From positions 13,635,469 to 13,699,468 of the forward strand of contig OZ316896.1 of NCBI GenBank assembly GCA_973895155.1: a DNA stretch of 64,000 nt. Direction: 5' to 3'. Positions 61,953 through 64,000 of the stretch are shown here, piece after piece. The position numbers and the translations under genes were made by a program. How positions within the stretch are numbered: position 1 is the first letter of the stretch; every line of letters starts with the position of its first letter. The notes beneath the pieces are model-generated. The model was given only the letters and a program-made list of their open reading frames with translations. It was not told where the DNA came from and ran no database searches. Source of the stretch: Marsupella aquatica (lineage: Eukaryota; Plantae; Marchantiophyta).

Positions 61953-64000
61953 CTATGGGCTAAATTTACTCAAAGCTGACTGCAAAACATCTGCGAAAGA
62001 AGGTGCGAGGCTAGCATCATCAGCTTTGATCTTGGCATGTCCAAGGCCAGACGATGTGTTGACCAGCAACTCAACAAGAAAGAAACCTGTGCCGGAAGCT
62101 ACATCTGCCAATTGTGCAAAAAAGAAAAACTTGAGAGGAGCCTGGCCTGATGCCATGCAAAGCACAGAATTTGCTTGCATATGACGTACAAGAGGTTGCG
62201 GTCCAACAAACCCAACCAAAGTATGAGGTGGAAATGTGTACTCCTGCATGGCAAAAGCAGATTTATCATGAAGACGAGTTCAAAACAAGCTCAACAAGCA
62301 CTTATTTGTAACAAACTGAAAGCTTTACTTTCATTAAGACCACGTTTTATATCATATTTTGAGATCAAATCTCAAGACTGACTCCTGAACTAAAGACCCT
62401 TTCTGCATCATGCTACCAGTTTCACAGTGGCCGACATACAAATGAAAGACAGCAATAGAAGATCTCCCTGAGGTAACAATAAACGCACCATTGTCAATGC
62501 CACGTCCGTTTGACCCCATTTCCGTTTGAATGTCGCCGCATCAAGTGCAGGCTTCGGATTTAAGTTTAACTGAGGTGCTACTGGTGGAGACGAGATGGTA
62601 AGACTGGTTCCTAATCCAAGCAAGTCATCTACGGCAAGGAGAGGAGAAGAAGCTGAAGCAAGGGGTTGAGATGGTAGAGACCCACGGGAGGGTTTTGAAG
62701 ACTGGGAAGGAGATGGAGAGGGAGCAGTTGAAGTAGATGATGCAAAACTATCTAGACCCAGATAATCTGGAGCATTGTAACTGTGTGACCCATTGCTCAA
62801 AGCAGTTTGAGGTTCTTCTTTATCAGAGGGACCCAGTAGTAGATCATTATCCCTTGCATCTAGTTGATTGATTGCCAGTTCGTTCCCAGGAGAGGAGGTC
62901 CCAACGATTGAAGATCCAGTGTCGTCTGTGAATGCAAAAGGGCTGCGATGTTCCTTGTCGAGAAACATGTAGGAAGGCTGCAAACCACCAAAGAATTTGA
63001 TCATCTGAGAGCAGGACAAAACTGAAGACCGCTACACAAAACTGAAGACCGCTACCAAGAAAAGATTATTCTAGTAATAAACTGCAGACCACTGTCACAC
63101 ATGATGACAGAAAATGCCTTAATTTGTGCAATGAAGCACTTTAGCTAATGTCTGCGACTGAAAAGTTTGATCAACAAATGCCGTTAATACCAAAGATCAG
63201 TACCAAGGGCTTCACATGCTCATACCTGGCGATACACTACTGCTAGGCTGTTGAATTCATCAAAGATCCGGTCCTTGACTTCATTACTCTGGTCTCCAGA
63301 AAACACAGAGACGGCACCTTTCTGTGGGTTGATGACATTCTCTGCCACTTCAACACCATGCCGCAGGAGCCTATAGTAGAGTAGGGCTCTGTCATGAACA
63401 TCCTGTTGTCCAACCACAAATGTGATAGTCAATGAAAATTGCTATTCACAAGAGACTTAGACAACAAAGGAAGAATCTGTACTACAACTAAATGGACAGA
63501 TGGCAGTATAACAGACGTTGAATTGAAAATGATGATCCTGATTTGAAGGGCCTGTGAAGTAAGTACCTGATTCGCATCTTCCAATCCACTCGTTATGGCG
63601 GCTCCTAGAACACCTATTGTTTCAGGAGGCCTCTTAAAAAAACACTTTGTTACTGCCGTCAAGAGTTCCAATCGCACCTGCAGTGGTCAAGAAACAGGAA
63701 AGATGGAAGCATTGAGCACACTCCTACTTGCTGGGATTTGCAGGGATGACAAAGTTGAGATCACATATATCAGCGAAGGACTGATGCTGATATTGTCCAC
63801 TCACAAACAACCTGCTTGGATGACAAACAGCCGTACCTCAGGGGAATCTTCTTCTGTCCAGCTCTTGACAAACCCTTCGAGAACGTAGGGGGCATCCTGC
63901 ATATCATAGGCGTACTCTCCTAGCATCCACACCAAGGCACATTTTGCCTTTGGCTCTTGAACGGTCTCTCTGCTTACGTCACCAACTACAGCAATGCAAT
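61953..64000 (-). CDS. AP4B1: AP-4 complex beta subunit (beta-adaptin-like protein A), 3' part; exons 64000-63837, 63677-63567, 63402-63226, 62977-62489, 62243-61953
   Basis: Spliced translation: VQEPKANVALVWMLGEYAYDMQDAPYVLE...|VRLELLTAVTKCFFKRPPE...|DVHDRALLYYRLL...KDRIFDEFNSLAVVYRQ|PSYMF...LLAVDDLLGL...LDAATFKRKW...|...RHMQANSVLCMASG...KFFFFAQ...FLVE. All introns are phase-0 GT-AG. The gene continues beyond the window. Confidence 0.95.

Overview
Eukaryotic nuclear DNA from a land plant (GT-AG introns, SAUR genes, plant-type SEC23, CCR4 and AP-4 beta genes). A non-seed plant such as a bryophyte is my guess, not something the sequence proves. Five host genes are well supported: a two-exon SEC23 (4722-7462, +), a 10-exon CCR4/Angel/nocturnin-type EEP gene (10250-13786, +), two convergent intronless SAUR genes (36016-36450 +, 47623-48309 -) and the 3' part of the AP-4 beta-adaptin gene (61953-64000, -). 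The rest is mostly transposon debris and tandem arrays: degenerate LINEs, a solo LTR nested inside a solo LTR of the same family (both target-site duplications visible), non-autonomous Helitrons, a Tc1/mariner-type MITE, LTR remnants and a truncated PIF/Harbinger element. I found no clearly new multi-gene system. The best leads are a candidate spliced 74-aa microprotein gene head-to-head with CCR4 (ATGs about 70 nt apart), tandem arrays directly upstream of three genes, a candidate spliced uORF in the SEC23 leader, and a chain of small exon-like segments after the AP4B stop codon. All exon coordinates and homology calls were made by eye, with no database search.
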